This document shows, piece by piece, positions 25,949-27,199 of a DNA stretch of 27,199 bases. Positions within the stretch are counted from its first letter, which is position 1. The number at the start of each line of letters is the position of its first letter. This DNA comes from a virus (lineage: Duplodnaviria; Caudoviricetes), in the IMG/VR virus record IMGVR_UViG_3300023178_003433, positions 1 through 27,199 of that record, one strand, 5' to 3'. Under the pieces are notes generated by a model. It saw nothing but the letters and a program-made list of their open reading frames with translations, was not told where the DNA came from and ran no database searches. The translations under genes were made by a program, and so were the position numbers.

Positions 25949-26785
25949 CTAACTAAACGTCACCCTTACTATTCCACTACCGCCTTGAGTACCGCCTGCA
26001 CAACATTTTGCAGCATCACCGCAGTATGTTGAAGATCCGCTTGCGCCGCCGCCGGCAGGCCAATTTAAATAACAGCCACAGGAACACCAATATTCATTGG
26101 TCATGTTTGAATGATATTTTCCTATATACGGTGCGGCACCGCCTCTTTGATAGTCTGCACCTTGACACTTACAGCCAGAGTGTGCTAGTTTAAATCCTGT
26201 AGATCCCATTGCACCAAAATCTGCACCATATACACCGCAAATATTACAGTTGGCGCATGTCTGCATAAAAGCATAACCGTTGTCGTCACCATTACACATG
26301 TGTCCGCCACAGCCACCTACTACACAGAAGTTTGATAAATTATATCCGTTTACATAACTTTTACAGCCTTGTCCTCCTGTACAGTTGTGTCGCTTATTAC
26401 ATCTATATGTGCCACCTGCACAAATTGTATATTGACAACCAGGACATGTGCTTACTGTTTTAACAGCATATCCTCCGCCAGCGCCTCCAACTGAATAAGA
26501 ACAACAGTTTGAACAGGTCATTCCTGCTCCACCACCGCCACCTGACCAAATTTCAAATTGAACTTTAGATACGTAATTAGGCACTGTCCATTGACAACAA
26601 AAACCACATGCTTGACAACAGCAACCGCCATTGTTAGCACATTCACCACACGCTTGGGCTCTATTGCTTTTTACCCAAAAACTGCAAAACTTATTTCCAA
26701 CACCTGCTTGCAACATATCTGATGTAATACCATTGTCGGGTAATTGTGCTTCTGTAATTTTTTTATAACTTCCGTATGTTGCCAT
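25949..26785 (-). CDS. Cys/Gly-rich virion fibre-like protein, paralog 2
   Basis: Colinear paralog of 25098..25940. 32 Cys in 278 aa by manual count. Confidence 0.75.
   Translation of the reverse strand: MATYGSYKKITEAQLPDNGITSDMLQAGVGNKFCSFWVKSNRAQACGECANNGGCCCQACGFCCQWTVPNYVSKVQFEIWSGGGGGAGMTCSNCCSYSVGGAGGGYAVKTVSTCPGCQYTICAGGTYRCNKRHNCTGGQGCKSYVNGYNLSNFCVVGGCGGHMCNGDDNGYAFMQTCANCNICGVYGADFGAMGSTGFKLAHSGCKCQGADYQRGGAAPYIGKYHSNMTNEYWCSCGCYLNWPAGGGASGSSTYCGDAAKCCAGGTQGGSGIVRVTFS
26303..26350. repeat. 48-bp exact direct repeat, copy 1 (copy 2 at 27152..27199)
   Basis: tccgccacagccacctactacacagaagtttgataaattatatccgtt occurs at both positions. Confidence 0.9.
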
Positions 26786-26794
26786 TATTTTTTC

Positions 26795-27199
26795 CTACGC
26801 AAAGGTCACCTTAACAATTCCAGATCCGCCTTGTCCTTGTCCTCTTGCACAACACATAGCTGGATCACCACAGTAGTTTGATTCTCCTGAAGAACCTCCA
26901 CCACTTGGCCAATTTATATAACAACCACAAGCACACCATGCTTGGGTCACAACTGTTGTAAACATTTTACCAATCATTGCTCCTGAACCTGTCCAACTGG
27001 TTCTACCATGACAATAACACATTGAAGATCCTGTCATATTTCCTACAGTTCCTAAGAAACCAAAGTCAGCACCATAAACACCACAGATATTACAGTTAGC
27101 ACAGTTTTTCTGCTGACGTTGTCCCCATTCATCACCTTCAACACAAGCTAATCCGCCACAGCCACCTACTACACAGAAGTTTGATAAATTATATCCGTT
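26795..27199 (-). CDS. Cys/Gly-rich virion fibre-like protein, paralog 3 (5' end outside window)
   Basis: Frame is open to the window edge: NGYNLSNFCVVGGCGGLACVEGDEWGQRQQKNCANCNICGVYGADFG...WCACGCYINWPSGGG...GGSGIVKVTFA. The 80-aa ORF-track call is only its C-terminal part. Confidence 0.8.
   Translation of the reverse strand, partial: NGYNLSNFCVVGGCGGLACVEGDEWGQRQQKNCANCNICGVYGADFGFLGTVGNMTGSSMCYCHGRTSWTGSGAMIGKMFTTVVTQAWCACGCYINWPSGGGSSGESNYCGDPAMCCARGQGQGGSGIVKVTFA
27152..27199. repeat. 48-bp exact direct repeat, copy 2 (may extend past the window edge)
   Basis: Identical to 26303..26350. Confidence 0.9.

Noticed and set aside
618-26193. Many short antisense or alternate-frame ORFs in the track (e.g. 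618..983, 3016..3333, 4926..5399, 11258..11512, 20649..21032, 24585..24896)
   Set aside because: They lie wholly or largely within well-supported genes, show no motifs and look like shadow ORFs.
25098-27199. Cys-rich genes as RiPP precursors, metallothioneins or DGR target/template repeats
   Set aside because: They are ~280 aa proteins on a glycine-rich fibre scaffold. No reverse transcriptase is present and the differences are not adenine-specific.
1-27199. tRNA, rRNA, CRISPR array, integrase/transposase, introns/inteins, stop-codon recoding
   Set aside because: Intergenic gaps are all under 100 nt, no spaced repeats were seen, and genes are intact in the standard code without evident insertions of that kind.

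Overview
AT-rich, gene-dense segment of a large T4-like (myovirus-type) dsDNA phage. The gene content is typical of aquatic/marine phages, but the host cannot be determined from this window. Both ends carry virion genes. On the left are a gp15-like tail-sheath completion protein, two fibre/decoration-like proteins with cupredoxin-type motifs and a subtilisin protease. On the right are a tail-fibre chaperone-like protein and at least three tandem Cys/Gly-rich paralogs. Between them is an ~18 kb enzyme island. It contains ADP-heptose genes (hldE, hldD) interleaved with a cupin and a nitrilase-family hydrolase, two radical SAM enzymes, a flavin-dependent halogenase, two SGNH-like proteins, a degenerate heme-oxygenase fold and four 2OG-Fe(II)/cupin-fold oxygenase-like proteins. 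It also contains a tightly coupled operon: GT9 glycosyltransferase, O-carbamoyltransferase, two oxygenases, PLP enzyme, amidinotransferase, radical SAM, GT-like protein. Most transcription-unit starts are preceded by a T4-late-like TAAATA box, so the island is probably expressed late. Leading hypothesis (inference): a phage pathway that builds a heptose-based, chemically decorated (carbamoyl/guanidino/hydroxyl/possibly halogen) glycan or protein modification on the virion or host surface. No tRNA, rRNA, CRISPR array or mobile element was recognised. All product calls come from motif recognition by eye, without database searches.
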